A DNA stretch of 64,000 bases from Octopus vulgaris (lineage: Eukaryota), in the NCBI GenBank assembly GCA_951406725.2, contig OX597820.1:108934001-108998000 (forward strand), written 5' to 3'. Position 1 is the first letter of the stretch. The number at the start of each line of letters is the position of its first letter. This document shows, piece by piece, positions 19,521 through 32,198 of the stretch. The notes beneath the pieces were generated by a model. That model was not told the origin of the DNA. It saw nothing but the letters and a program-made list of their open reading frames with translations, and did not search any database. The translations under genes were made by a program, and so were the position numbers.

Positions 19521-21917
19521 CTTTGTTGCATGCAATCAAGCCTTATGCATAGCACTCACGGAAACGCACCTGAAACCGGACATAGCAGATGCGGAGTTAC
19601 ACATACCACAGTATGCTGTACTACGGACCGATAGAAAAGAAAGGAGTCATGGAGGTGTTGCTATGTACATCCGTGAGGACCTCACACCCCAGGTCCTCTT
19701 GTCATACTCAAACTCGGTGTGTGACACACTAATTGTACATATTAGGCAACTTGATGTAGTTGTGTGTGCTACATATCGCCCTCCAGATGCCCCAAGCCAT
19801 GTGGGCAAGTTTGAAGACTGCCTTATAAAAATAGAAGAAGTTCTAACTACATTAGAACAACACATAAGTGTACTTCTTATGGGAGACTTCAATCTGCCCA
19901 ATGTCAGATGGCCCGAGGGCCTTTTCTCCCAGGAATGACAAGATGTGAACGAGGACAGGCAAGGTCCCTCCTGAACCTCATCAACACCCTGTACATGGAG
20001 CAGGTAATACTCCAACCAACCAGGGCAGGTAACACACTGGATCTCTGCTTCACAAATGACATGGATCTCATCCATAATGTGAAAGGGACACCGACACTAC
20101 TCTCGGATCACAACATGATAGAGCTGACCATGTACGGGCCAAAAGAGAGCACAGACATGCAGCCTACAAGAAACCCTCAGAATCTTTCCAGCTTGAACTA
20201 CCATAAGGCAAACTGGAAACAAATTGAGAAAGAGATCCTCAAACAAAACTGGCCTAAATGTCTCTCCTCGCCAGACATCGACGTGAAACTTCAATAATTC
20301 ATGTCTGTAATGCAAGCCATATGCTACAAATGTGTCCCAGAGAGAAAGGCCACTGTACACAAGAACAAAATCCCCAGAGAGAGGAAAATTTTAATGAGAC
20401 GGCGTACAAAATTTTCAAATCGCCTAAACAAACAGATTGAAAGCAGTGAAAAGTCCCGCCTAAAAATAAAACTGTTGGAAATCGAAAAATGTCTGCAACT
20501 CTCCCATGAAAAAGAAAGAGCAGACAAAGAAGCCTGGGCTATAGACAACATAAAATCTAACCCCAGAGCTTTCTACAGGTATGCCAAAGAAACAGCTACG
20601 GTGCACTGTAGAATAGGGCCACTCCTCGAAAAGGATGGCACACTTACAGGAAAACCAATGAGGGTAAGTGAAATACTGAATGAGCAATTCAAGAGTGTTT
20701 TCACTCCACCCCTTGGGCATCTCCAAATCACCAATCCAACTGACTTTTTTACCACTGCAGATATAAAATCAGAGGCGGCGACGATAGATTACATCGATAT
20801 AAAGGAAGACGATGTAATCAAGGCTATAGATGAAATGAAAACAGACTCAGCTACTGGCCCCGATGGATTCCCGGCAATCCTCCTAAAAGCATGTAAGAGA
20901 GTCCTAGCAAGACCACTGCAGTTCCTCTTTCAGAGCTTCCTTGCAGCTGGCAAACTTCCAAGAAAACTGAAGGAAGGTAAAATATGCTCCATTCATAAAG
21001 GAGGTAGCAGAGCGGAAGCCAAGAACTATAGACCTATCTCTCTGACCTCACACATCAGCAAGGTCATGGAACGAATAGTCAGAAGGAAGCTGATCACCTT
21101 CCTTGAAGAGAATGACTTGCTGCCCGACACCCAACATGGTTTCCGACCAGGGAGAAGCTGTTTAACTCAGCTCCTACAACACTATGACTGGGTGCTGAAA
21201 CGGCTGCTCAACCACTCAAATGTGGAAGTGATATATCTCGACTTTGCAAAGGCCTTTGATAAAGTCGATCATGGAATAATATGTCACAAACTGCGTGATC
21301 ACAACATAGTTGGAAAACTGGGAGAATGGCTTCATGACTTTCTGAAAGATAGAAGTCAGGTGGTAGTAGCCAATGGGGCCACTACCATTAACACGCAAAT
21401 AGTGAGCGGTGTTCCGCAGGGCACTGTTCTGGGACCACTACTGTTCATAATGGCCCTCTCAGACATGCTCTCAGCCACGCAGAGAGCCACAATCACAAGT
21501 TATGCAGATGATACAAAAGTTTCACAGGCAATACAGAACCCTGAGGACACTAAACACCTGCAATGTGAGCTGGACAAAATATACAAGTGGGCCGAAAAGA
21601 ATAGCATGCAGTTCAATGCTGAAAAGTTTCAAGCTTTATACTATCAGCATGCAAAACTAAATGCAATACCCAATGAATACACTGGACCCGGAGGAATAGC
21701 AATCCCAGAGGCACAATCAGTGCGTGACCTAGGTATTTACATGAGTGATGACGCGACCTTTCGTGTACATGTTGCTAAATTGGCAATGAAATGTAGACGA
21801 CTGGCCGGATGGATCCTCAGAACCTTTAGAACAAGAGAACAAGAAACCATGATGGTCCTCTGGAGGACACTTGTCCTAAGCCACTTTGACTACTGCTCTC
21901 AGTTATGGTCACCATAA
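19521..21917 (+). mobile_element. CR1/Jockey-group LINE ORF2 (APE + RT), truncated at both ends
   Basis: IALTETHL...RTDR...GGVAMYI...YRPP...GDFNLP (APE); 538-aa RT ORF 20301..21917 with YADD; ends abruptly at DYCSQLWSP; one frameshift near 19920 and one stop at 20295. Confidence 0.95.
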
Positions 21918-22100
21918 GACTAAGGTGCTAGTTAATATGAAAGAAGACAAAACCCTGGTATCTTCAGGGAAATGGCCTTGTTCAACATGCAAAAAAGGAG
22001 CAGGTATAACCTATACACAGTAGTAAGCTATGGACACAAAAGGTGTAGAGAAATAAGAGGCAGACTATTGGAGAACATGTCGCGTGTATTGCACTGTAGC
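21914..22100 (+). mobile_element. Old RTE fragment
   Basis: KTKVLV...SGKWPCSTCKKG...KLWT.KRC.EIRGRL, matching the other RTE copies. Confidence 0.6.
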
Positions 22101-22420
22101 AGTATATACTATGAGCACACTGGAAATAACTTCTCTTAAATGCCCAGGTGTCTTACTGCATCATTATGTCTCTCATCCCCCCCATACACTATGCCTGTCT
22201 CTTCCCCCTTTGTTACCTTTCTTGCCCTTCTCTTGTCTACTCTATCACTGTTAATATTCTGCTGTACTGCACTGCCAATCATCTCCCCCATCTCTCATCT
22301 CCTCACACTCCTACTTATTCTGTCACTCATTTCCAATCAGTTCCTACATTGAAGATCCATTCAGATACCTAGTCATTGACAATGAACGTGTTAAATTTTA
22401 TACAAAGCATTGTAACAAAA

Positions 22421-22574
22421 TCAGAAATACAGAATATTTTTCCTACATGGCTTTGACTTCTTCACTTTCTTCTTGGGTACTTTTTGTTCCATACAACTTT
22501 CATCAACTTTAGCTTTCTGTGCATTCTCATCAGACAGTGGTGCAGCTTGTTTTGCATTCTTCACAATTGCATAT
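22421..22574 (-). CDS. RRM protein, exon G (last detected): (R)YAIVKNAKQAAPLSDENAQKAKVDESCMEQKVPKKKVKKSKPCRKNILYF*
   Basis: Strong acceptor tttcgtttcAG; phase 2 matches exon F and creates the RNP1-like KRYAIV; Lys-rich tail. A weak donor at 22447 (CAT|GTAGGA) could make it an internal exon. Confidence 0.6.
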
Positions 22575-23382
22575 CTGAAACGAAATATGAATAAAACTTA
22601 TTAGATGTAATAGTTCAACACATTAGCTGTGGCATTAACATATTTTAAATGAAATAGAAACAATCTTGTTAGAGAATTCCATTAGCATGTCAAGAATCAA
22701 GCGTTACTAACCATGTTGCAAATATAGGAGGAAACACATCCCAAATATATTGAAGCAGGCAAGTCAATATGCGAACCTGTATGTGATTACTGTTAGAAAC
22801 AGCAGTCAAATATCTCTCAAGCCATATCTTTTCAACATTAGAAAGAAAAAGGACATATTATATAAAGTGGGCCTATTAAAATCAAACTGGCTCTGAGCGT
22901 AGTTTTGCTTGATCAGAGACAGCTTGGATTTAAACATACATTACAGTAAAATAAAATACACAATATAAAGGCAAACGGCCACTCATTTCAAGGAGACGGT
23001 AGAATGTGATATAATCATTAAAAGAGATGCGGTATTTGACTTTTGTTGAAATGATACAATTGGTTGTCTACCATCTGAGTAGCCTTAACTCTTTTGATAC
23101 CAACCTGCATGAAGCCAGCTGAGAAATTAAATATTGAATGATTCCAACTTGCCTGAATCCAGCTGAATTGACGCATTCATATTTAAATGAGAATTTCACA
23201 CAAATCACATTAGTACATTCACGAACACACATAGTTTAACTAGGTAAGCAAATGAGTTACACTATCTGATAGTATTTTACAAGGTATCTGAGCACTGCAA
23301 ATTTTGAGATTCTTTCTCCATTTTTTTCTATGTTTCACTATAGACAAAAACTGGATACCAGTTTCATGTTGCCAACAGCTTT

Positions 23383-23702
23383 TAGGAGCAAAGGCCTGGA
23401 TATTGACGGGTAAAAATCAACAATATAAAACTGCGTCAATTAGCAATTATGTTCATGGCTAATTCCAATCTATTACTGACTTGGTGTTTTTCCAAATCCG
23501 TAAATTTAATTCACTATCTTAGCTAAAATACAATCTAAAATATATTTGCTAATAATACCTCTTTCAGTTTTAACCGGATTAATCAATCTACATTTAGGGT
23601 TTCTATTAAAATTAGCTTTATGGTAATAAAAGGATGGCGAGGGAGGAGATATTCTATCCCTATCACTAATTTTAAGATTGTTAGCAATTCTTCTTGCCTC
23701 CA
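23383..23702 (-). mobile_element. Penelope-like RT fragment
   Basis: ORF 23506..23721 HKANFNRNPKCRLINPVK; downstream DFYPSI. Confidence 0.75.
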
Positions 23703-23903
23703 TATATACATACATGTACATATATACATCATGCTAGCATGGAAAGCGGACGTTAAATGATGAGGATATATATATATACACATATAATGACCTCTTACAC
23801 ATATATATATATATATATACATATACACTATTTATATATATACACACACACACACACATATATATATACACATACATAGTTGAATGAGCTATCTTGCAAG
23901 AAG

Positions 23904-25890
23904 TGTTATAGAGTAATATCCTTTTAATAAGTTTCTCGGAAGATTCTACTTCATGAGAAGTAATTCTTAATTATTCAAGAAGCTTCGCATTTCTCTTGGA
24001 AGTTTCTAGATTGTCTAGTGTTCCATTAATAAAAACAGTTTCTTTGCCCTGCTCTTTGCTTCTTAGTCAACCAGACTGAACCATTCACATCCTTGCCATG
24101 TCTGTCTATTTCTCTATGCCACATGACTGAAAACCACCACTGAAGTGTTATTTCTACATTTCTGAACTTCCTTGCATAGGTTACTTCATTCAACTAGATT
24201 CTACATTTCAATTATATTTCATCAACAACCAGTGAATAAAATATATTTTTATGGAGTAAATATATAGTTCCTAAATTTATTCTTCTTCTCTGTAAGAATT
24301 CTTCTAATAATATACACACAGCCATTTCAATACTTGATACTGATCATATATTCTACACTAGATAAATTGGTGACCAACCAATGTGGATCCCGAATTCTAC
24401 CTTGGAGAATTCTACCACATAAATTGGTAACCAACCAATGAGAGAATAATTTAGTTATATTCAAATACTTTCCATGTCACAATTTTCTTCAAATGAATTA
24501 TCATCAACTCATATGATGATATCTACTATGAATTATCCAGTAATACCAATTTTTACAGGCGATACCATCTCGTTTGCCCAGTTAGAAGCATTTTTCTCAG
24601 CAAACAAACACAATTCAGACCAACAGCAGCTCTACATTTTACTTAGCTCTATACCACCACCATTAACTGGAGAATTGCAAGATATTACAGCTCCACCAGC
24701 AGATGCAACATATTCATCAATCAAAACTGAAATTTTATGACGAACTTTGCTCTCTTCAGAAAAGAAGTTTTTAAAACTTCTCAACAACGAGCATTTAGGA
24801 GACAGAACCCCATCGGAAATGCTCAGAAAAATGCGCCAGCTCACAGAGGACAACCCTGCTGAAAGTAAGTTGCTTAAACAACTCTTTTTCTCCAGATTAC
24901 CATGGTTTGTTCAAGGTATGCTCGCCCATTTGACTGATGTTAGCACAGTCGACAAACTTGCAGCATCAGCAGATAAAATTTTGGAGTATAGAAAATCTAC
25001 TCCAGAACAGAACAATTCTCCTTAGTCAGTTGCTGCAGTTTCTTCTGAATTCAAAGAATTTCGTGAATCTACACAGAGTACTATACCTAAGCTAGTCGCA
25101 GAAATTCGTCTCTTGCATATCAATAGAAGTTCTTCACCTTGTCGCTATCATCATTCTAGTTCCTGTTCTCCCAGCAGATCAAAAACTGTTTGCTGGTATC
25201 ATTACAAGTTTGGTCTGCAGCTAAGAGATATATTTCACCTTGTACATTCAAAACTCGGGAAAACTAAAACGCTGAACTCCAAGCGTGACTGCAGTTCCAG
25301 GCACATTTTCTCCTAGTCACGCATTTTTCATACTTGATTTTAAGTCTAAGAAGGAATTTCTAGTAGATTTCGGAGTGTTCTGCAATACATGACCCTTTAA
25401 ATTTGTCGAAGAAAAACTTTTCGCTTCTGATATATCTCTTCAAGCAGTCAACTGCTCTCCTATTAAAACTTTCGGTGAGATTTCACTCACACTGGACCTG
25501 AATCTCAGACGAAGTTTCCAGTGGGTTTTTATCATTGCTGACCTTCCTCACTCCATTTTAGGAGCTGATTTTCTCTATCATTTTTCTCTATTAGTGGATG
25601 TCAAAAGAAAGAGACATCGATAGCAATACATAGTTATACACTTTAGGAAAACATTTCAATTCCACTTCTGTCAGCCCACTATTTTTTATTGCAAATCAAA
25701 CAGATAAATATCAGGTCTTGCCTCAATTCTTTCCTGAATTAACTAATTTAACTTTTAATGTCAATGCTTCAGCACATACAAATACTCATTATATAACCAC
25801 CAATGGATCTCCCGTTTTCTCGCATCCTAGACATTTACCATCTGAAAAACTCGATAAATATACAATACCTCATATTCAGGATTTTGCATT
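23904..25890 (+). mobile_element. Degenerate Ty3/Gypsy LTR retrotransposon, 5' half
   Basis: Putative LTR TG(23904)...CA(~24357) with AATAAA; PBS-like TGGTGACC at ~24369; gag (FAQLEAFF, LGDRTPSEMLRKMRQL, LFFSRLP, CWYHYKFG); protease remnant (FLVD.G, ILGADFL); RT start (YTIPHIQDF). Confidence 0.88.
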
Positions 25891-26950
25891 ATCTCTACTA
25901 GACTTCCAGCTTAAAATAACAAAGGGAGGTAATATATACACCAACTTCTATAAGAAAGTTGCCAGAAGAGAACTGTTTGTGAATTAAAGGTCAGCCCTAC
26001 CCCTAGATGCTAAAACGAGATACATAAGAAATGAACTAGCACGTATCAAAAATAAATGTAGCAAAGTTGAGGACCAGATTACTCACACCACACACTTCAT
26101 AGATATACTGAGGCTCAATGGCTACCCTACATCGACAATAAACCAAATTAAAAACCAAAAGAGCCCCAGACATGAGACCTTCTCTAACACCTGCTTTATG
26201 AAATTACCACATTTCAATGAAAGCACAACCATAGCAATTTCGTAGAGCCATACGCAACGAAGGACTAGACATACAATTAGCACACTCCGGCCCCTCACTG
26301 CGTGGATACCTGAATAAAAAGCAATCTAGAGATAACAATCAATGCTCATTAACTAACTGTCCAATCCGCATTACAGGTATGTGCTAGTGGACACATGTAG
26401 TATACTGAATAGACTGCAACAAATGTAAGGCATATTATATAGGCAACACAAATCAAATTTTGCATACTCGCATTAAGGAACATCTCAACACACGCGCATC
26501 CTCATTTAGAAAACACATTGATAAATGTAAAAATATCAACAAACAAATTAAAGTTACTATTGAAGCCAATGATAGAAATCTCGGCAACTTAAAAATTAAG
26601 GAAGCTTTGAATATCTATAAATTAAACACACAAATAAATAACAGACTGGAGCTAGGCAAGCAATACATAACATGACACAGGCACATTTGCTACATATTAG
26701 AAAAGAGGTGATGAAAATTGATTTGTGGAGCAATAAGTTAATAAATGACACCACTAACATTCACAAAGAGAAATGCTTGAAAATTCAAATATAATCATAA
26801 AATTATTTTATCTCCAACAAAAAACACCTTTCCAAGGACAGTTCCTTTTTAACCCTGAAGAAGGGACTTCTATGTCCCGAAATATTGGATACATATACGA
26901 CCAAAGATTACCAGATAACTTACTTTTAGTTTTTACCTCATCTTAAAATC
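25890..26950 (+). mobile_element. Penelope-like element 3' part with GIY-YIG endonuclease
   Basis: LSLLDFQL...FYKK...SALP...LRLNGYP...KLPHF...VVY.IDCNKCKAYYIGNT...RIKEH...KEAL; stops and frameshifts. Confidence 0.88.
26851..26890 (+). ncRNA. Minimal hammerhead-ribozyme-like motif in the Penelope 3' repeat (probably decayed)
   Basis: CTGAAGA-a-GGGAC-ttctat-GTCCC-GAAA-tattgg: core boxes plus a perfect 5-bp stem II; stems I and III are weak. Mirrored at ~5391-5430. Confidence 0.5.
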
Positions 26951-27099
26951 AATTTGCATTCTTTGGCCTTTTAAATCTTTCAACATTATATTCCATATAC
27001 AATGCTTCAAGCAAACTATAAAATCTTATTATATACACACACATATATATATATATACATACACACACACATATATATATATATATACACCAAAGATCA

Positions 27100-27527
27100 A
27101 AGAATCAAATCAAAATCGATCAAAATCAATGGAATTTGTAGTTTTGTGGTACCAGTGCCGGTGGCACATAAGAATACCATCCGAACGTGGCCGTAGCCAG
27201 TACCGCATCAATTGGCCTCCGTGCTGGTGGCACATAACAAACACCATCCGATCGTGGCCATGCCAGCCTCGCCTGGCCTCTGTGCCGGTGGCACGTAAAA
27301 AACACCATCCGAGTGTGGCCATTCGCCAGCCTCGTCTGGCACCTGTGTCGGTGGCACATAAAAAGCACCCACTACACTCACGGAGTGGTTGGCGTTAGGA
27401 AGGGCATCCAGCTGTAGAAACACTGCCAGATCTGACTGGCCTGGTGCAGCCTTCGGGCTTCCCAGACCCCAGTTGAACCGTCCAACCCATGCTAGCATGG
27501 AAAGCGGACGTTAAACGATGATGATGA
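27100..27527 (+). mobile_element. Orphan RTE 3' UTR ending in (GAT)n
   Basis: Minisatellite units, aggaagggcatccagc, CCATGCTAGCATGG palindrome, gatgatgatga tail. Confidence 0.8.
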
Positions 27528-27584
27528 CATACATACAAATATACATGTATACACACGCACACACATATATATGTGTGTGTATAC

Positions 27585-30010
27585 GCAAGACAGTGTATGA
27601 GAGAAAATTGTGATGTCACAGGAGAGAAATGGCTGATGGTGCATTTGCTTTTAATGATTCTGAAAAGAAAGAGGCTTGGAGAAGCCATTATGAAAGACTG
27701 CTGAATGTGGAGAATGAATGGGAGGAGGAGAGCCTTTCAAATGTTGACCCAGTAGAAGGACCAGCTATCCCAATAGACAGTTCCCTAGTAGATAAAGCAA
27801 TTAAGGGTATTAAGCCAGGAAAAGCCTCTAGTCCATCAGGAATCATTGCTGAGATGCTTAAAACATCTGGTGGTATGGACTATGGCCTAGTCACCCGCAT
27901 TGTAAATCAGGTAGTTCATGATGGAGTCATACCCAACGACTTGCGTAGCAGCACCATAGTCAACTGCTACAAGTGTAAAGGTGATGCTCTAGATAGAAAT
28001 AACTACAGGGGTATCAAACTGCTGGACCAGGAAATGAAGGTCACAGAGAAGGTCATACCCCATATCATCAGGGAGAAGATCTGCTTAGATAAAATGCAGT
28101 TCAGTTTGGTGCCGGCTAGAAGCACCAATGGCAGTTCAACAACTGCAGGAAAAATACCTAGCCAAAGATAAACCCCTATGCTTAGCTTTTGTGGACTTGT
28201 AGAAAGCCTTTGACAAGGTCCCCCAATCACTTATCTGGTGGGCGATGCGGAAACTGGAGATTGATGAATGGTTAATAAGGGCTGTACAGGCCCTTTACAG
28301 AGAGGCTGCTGATAAGGTTAGGATTGGCAATGAGTATAGTGAAGAATTCCGGGTAGAAGTTGGTGTCCACCAAGGATAAGCCCTCAGTCGCTTTTATTCA
28401 TCATAGTCATCCAGGAAATAACAGAGGAATTCAAGACGGGTTGCCCCAGGGAGCTCCTCTATGCTGATGACCTAGCCCTCGTAGCAGAATCACTACCGAA
28501 ACTAAAGAAGAAATTTCGTGTGTGGAAGCTAGGTTTAGAATCAAAAGGCCTTAGAGTCAATGTAGCAAAGACCAAAGTTCTAGTAAGCAGGAAGGCAAAC
28601 TCACTACACACCCCTTCAGGTAAGTGACCCTGCTTGATCTGTAGAAAAGGTGTAGGTAGAAACCTCTATAAGTTGTTCCCAGTCTAAGCTATGGATACAT
28701 AAGAGGTGCAGCAACATCAAAGGAAAATTAACCGAGAAGATAGCTTTCCTATGCGGCAGATGCACAGGGACAATAGACACCATTGATACTCAGAAAACAG
28801 ATTCCATTACACTCCTGGGGGAGAAACTAGAAGTAGTTGATACTTTTCGCTACCTAGGTGACCAAGTTAGTAGTGGGGGTGGATGCTCAGGGAGTGTTAC
28901 CACTAGAATAATAATAGCCTGGGAAAATTTAGAAAGCTTCTTCCCCTACTGGCAACAAGGGGTCTCTCGCTCAGAGTGAAAGATAGATTGAACGACGCAT
29001 GTGTGCAAACTGCCATGCTTCACGGCAGTGAAACATGGGCTGTGACTGCGGAGGACATGCATAGGCTCGAAAGAAATGAAGCTAGCATGATCCACTGGAT
29101 GTGTAATGTCAGTGTACATGCACGACAGAGTGTAAGCGCCCTGAGAGAAATGTTGGACATAAGAAGCATCGGATGCGGCATGCAGGAGTGACGTTTGAGT
29201 TGGTGTGGTCATGTACCACAGATGGATGAGGAGAGATGTGTGAAGAAGTACCACTTCCAAACTGTTGAAGGAATCCGGGGTAGAGGTAGACCCAGGAAGA
29301 CATGGGACGAGGTGCTCAAGCATGACCCTCGTACGTTGGGCCTCACAGAGGCTATGACGAAAGGCCGAGACCTCTGCAGATATGCTGTAACTTCGAAGAC
29401 CCGACAAATGAAGTGAGTTCATGGCTTGCAGGACGGCCTGCTATGCTTGAGGAGACCTACTGTGTCAAGTATATCATCATCAAAATAAATTGAATGGATA
29501 TTCTGATACCCGTGCCGGTGGCAAGTTGAGCCACACAGAGGAAATGATGAAGACTGAAACTTCTGAGATATGCTGTGACTGTGAAGACCTAACAAATGAA
29601 GTGAGTTCATGCCTCACAGGCTGGCCGGCTGTGCTAACCTTGGATCATAGAGTGACCCGCTGTTCTTGAGGAGACCTATTGAGTCAAGTACCTCAACACC
29701 AACATCAAAATATAAATCAAATGGAAATTGTAGTTCAGAAAGTGGCTGATGCCAGCGCCGTCTGGCTGGCGTCCTTGTCGGTGACACATACAATGCACCA
29801 ACAGATCGTGGCCGTTTGCCAGCCTCCTCTCGCCCCTGTGCCAGTGGCACATAAAAACCACCAACTACACTCACAGAGTGGTTGGCGCTAGGAAGGGCAT
29901 CCATCTGTAGAAACACTGCCAGATCAGACTGGAGCCTGGCGCAGCCTCCTGGTTTCCCAGACCCCGGTTGAACCGTCCAACCCATGCTAGCATGGAAAAC
30001 AGGCGTTAAT
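27585..30010 (+). mobile_element. 5'-truncated RTE LINE, right-arm copy
   Basis: ORFs 27629..28171, 28976..29191 and 29195..29416 carry RT motifs; ~190 bp tandem duplication (29378/29566); 3' UTR. Confidence 0.92.
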
Positions 30011-30021
30011 GGATATGTATA

Positions 30022-30109
<88 letters not shown>

Positions 30110-30113
<4 letters not shown>

Positions 30114-32150
30114 GAAAGGGATGTGTGCGTTCCGTCATATAATATATTAATAAATAAAACATATGCATATATATATACATATATGTACGTACCTACCTCT
30201 ACATGTATATATACACGCATATATGAGTACAGGATACCAAAAATAAGCAAATCAAATAAAATTTGAGATCTTTTTGCAGAGGGGTAAAAATGGTAACAAA
30301 ACCAGGACAGTAATGACAGTACAAAATATAAGCAGTAAAAGACAGGACAAGGAAAATGTCCAGTTCCTTGGGTTTGTGTCAATGTTTTCGTTTCTCATTG
30401 TGTTCGACATTTTTTTGGTGCTCTGTACTCATATATGCGTGTATATATACCTGTAGAGGTAGGTACGTACATATATGTATATATATATATGCATATGTTT
30501 TATTTATTAATATATTATATGACGGAGCGCACGCATCCCTTTCTAAGTAAGATTGTTCTTGATATTAATTTTGATGCGCACTCTTAACCTTTCTGTCCCA
30601 TCCCTTTCTCAGCCCTCATTCTTTGATTTCCTTTTCTTCTACTTAACTGTCTCTCCCTCTCTCTCATTCTTCATGGTTTTCTCACAACCATTCCCCTTTC
30701 TTCTCTCCCTTTCTCTTGCTCCTCCTCCTCCCTCCCGTCGTTGACCCGCGATGAGAACTCCGCTACTGTCTTTCTAGCCTGACCTTCTTGAGGTGTGGAC
30801 GGCAATTTTCTTTGCTACGTTCGCCGTTCACAGAAATAAGCGTTCGTAATACTTTTTTTCGTTTGGCGTTAACAGCCCTTCTTGTCTTGTTATTTTCCTT
30901 GTCCTGTCTTTTACTGCTTATATTTTGTACTGTCATTACTGTCCTGTTTTTGTTACCATTTTTACCCCTCTGCAAAAAGATCTCAATTAATGTCAAGCAG
31001 AGAAGTTGAATTGTTGAGAATCTTTTTAACTTGGGTCTTATATCTATTGTTCGAATTTCTTTGAAATAGGAAATATATGTTCACTGGGTTTATAAAAGAG
31101 AGCAAAGCTACAGGAAACCAAAAGATGAATCATCACAATAAGCAGTCAGCTACAGCACCCTAGTCGTTACCACTCCCAATGTAGTCACCATCCAGGTGAC
31201 AGGCACAGCAGTAAGATGCATTATGAATCTATAGCAATTGGAAGGGCGTGACCCAACTCAAATAAACATTAACAAGTGTGTGACGTGGGGGCTAAGGAGA
31301 AATGAAAGTTGGAATTTGCAAATGACCATGGACAGAATAAATTTACCATCTATAAATGTCTTTGAATAACCAGTCACTCATCTGGGAAGGCCTTGAAATC
31401 AATGTTACCATCTGAGGGCTATGTGTGACCCAGTGATAATAAAAAGACTGAAAGGTCTGCAATCAAATAACTTTACTCAACACTTTGCAACTGAATCAGT
31501 TAGGTCAAATATGCCTCTCATTTACTTGACAATTTATGCAGCGCATTGCAGAAATTACAATCTAAGTATATCTGAAAGCAAACTCTTACACTGTACCACT
31601 GAATTACAAATAATGCTCATCTTTTATACTCGGGTGACCATACAGCTTCCAAGAATACAACTGTATTCGTCTTTGCTTAGATAAAATGACTAAATTGTGG
31701 GTCGTTCGGCGTTAACAGCCCTTCTTGTCTTGTTATTTTCCTTGTCCTGTCTTTTACTGCTTATATTTTGTACTGTCATTACTGTCCTGTTTTTGTTACC
31801 ATTTTTACCCCCTCTGCAAAAAGATCTCAAATTTTATTTGATTTGCTTTTTGCAGGAAGGAAAGTTTCTTATCGAAGATACGTCTCGCCTTCACCTTCGA
31901 AACGTAGAGTAGATGAAACCATGGCGACTGAAGAAGGGGTTTTTTCCTTGTGTTATTTGTCCTGTACTCTATTTTTTTGTTGTTTAAGAAAAATGTCCAG
32001 TTCCTTGTGTTTGTGTCTATGTTTTCGTTTCTCAATGTGTTCGACGTTTTTTTGGTGTCCTGTACTCATATATGCGTGTATATATACATGTAGAGGTAGG
32101 TACGTACATATATGTATATATATATGCATATGTTTTATTTATTAACATAT
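30110..32150 (+). mobile_element. Penelope-like terminal-repeat cluster with direct and inverted units
   Basis: A ~120 bp unit at 30868-30985 (+), 31711-31830 (+) and 30262-30357 (-); local inverted repeat 30112-30232 / 30423-30545. The family assignment is inferred from this architecture. Confidence 0.5.
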
Positions 32151-32198
32151 ATATATATCTATATATATATATATACAAAATTCTGTTGGGATCAGAGT

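Larger units (their letters stand above)
19521..32077 (+). repeat. Right arm of ~12 kb inverted repeat (probably the genuine genomic copy)
   Basis: Continuous with downstream sequence and carries the in-phase exon of the host gene. Confidence 0.95.

Noticed and set aside
31440-31580. Extra exon of the RRM gene at the tttgctttcag acceptor
   Set aside because: All three frames hit stop codons shortly after the acceptor.
31885-31940. Permuted hammerhead (GAAACGTA ... CTGAAGA)
   Set aside because: The core words are present, but I could not pair a stem I between them.
30553-32145. Hydrophobic short ORFs resembling membrane peptides
   Set aside because: They derive from T/C-rich repeat units present in several copies and orientations, with no splice or domain support.
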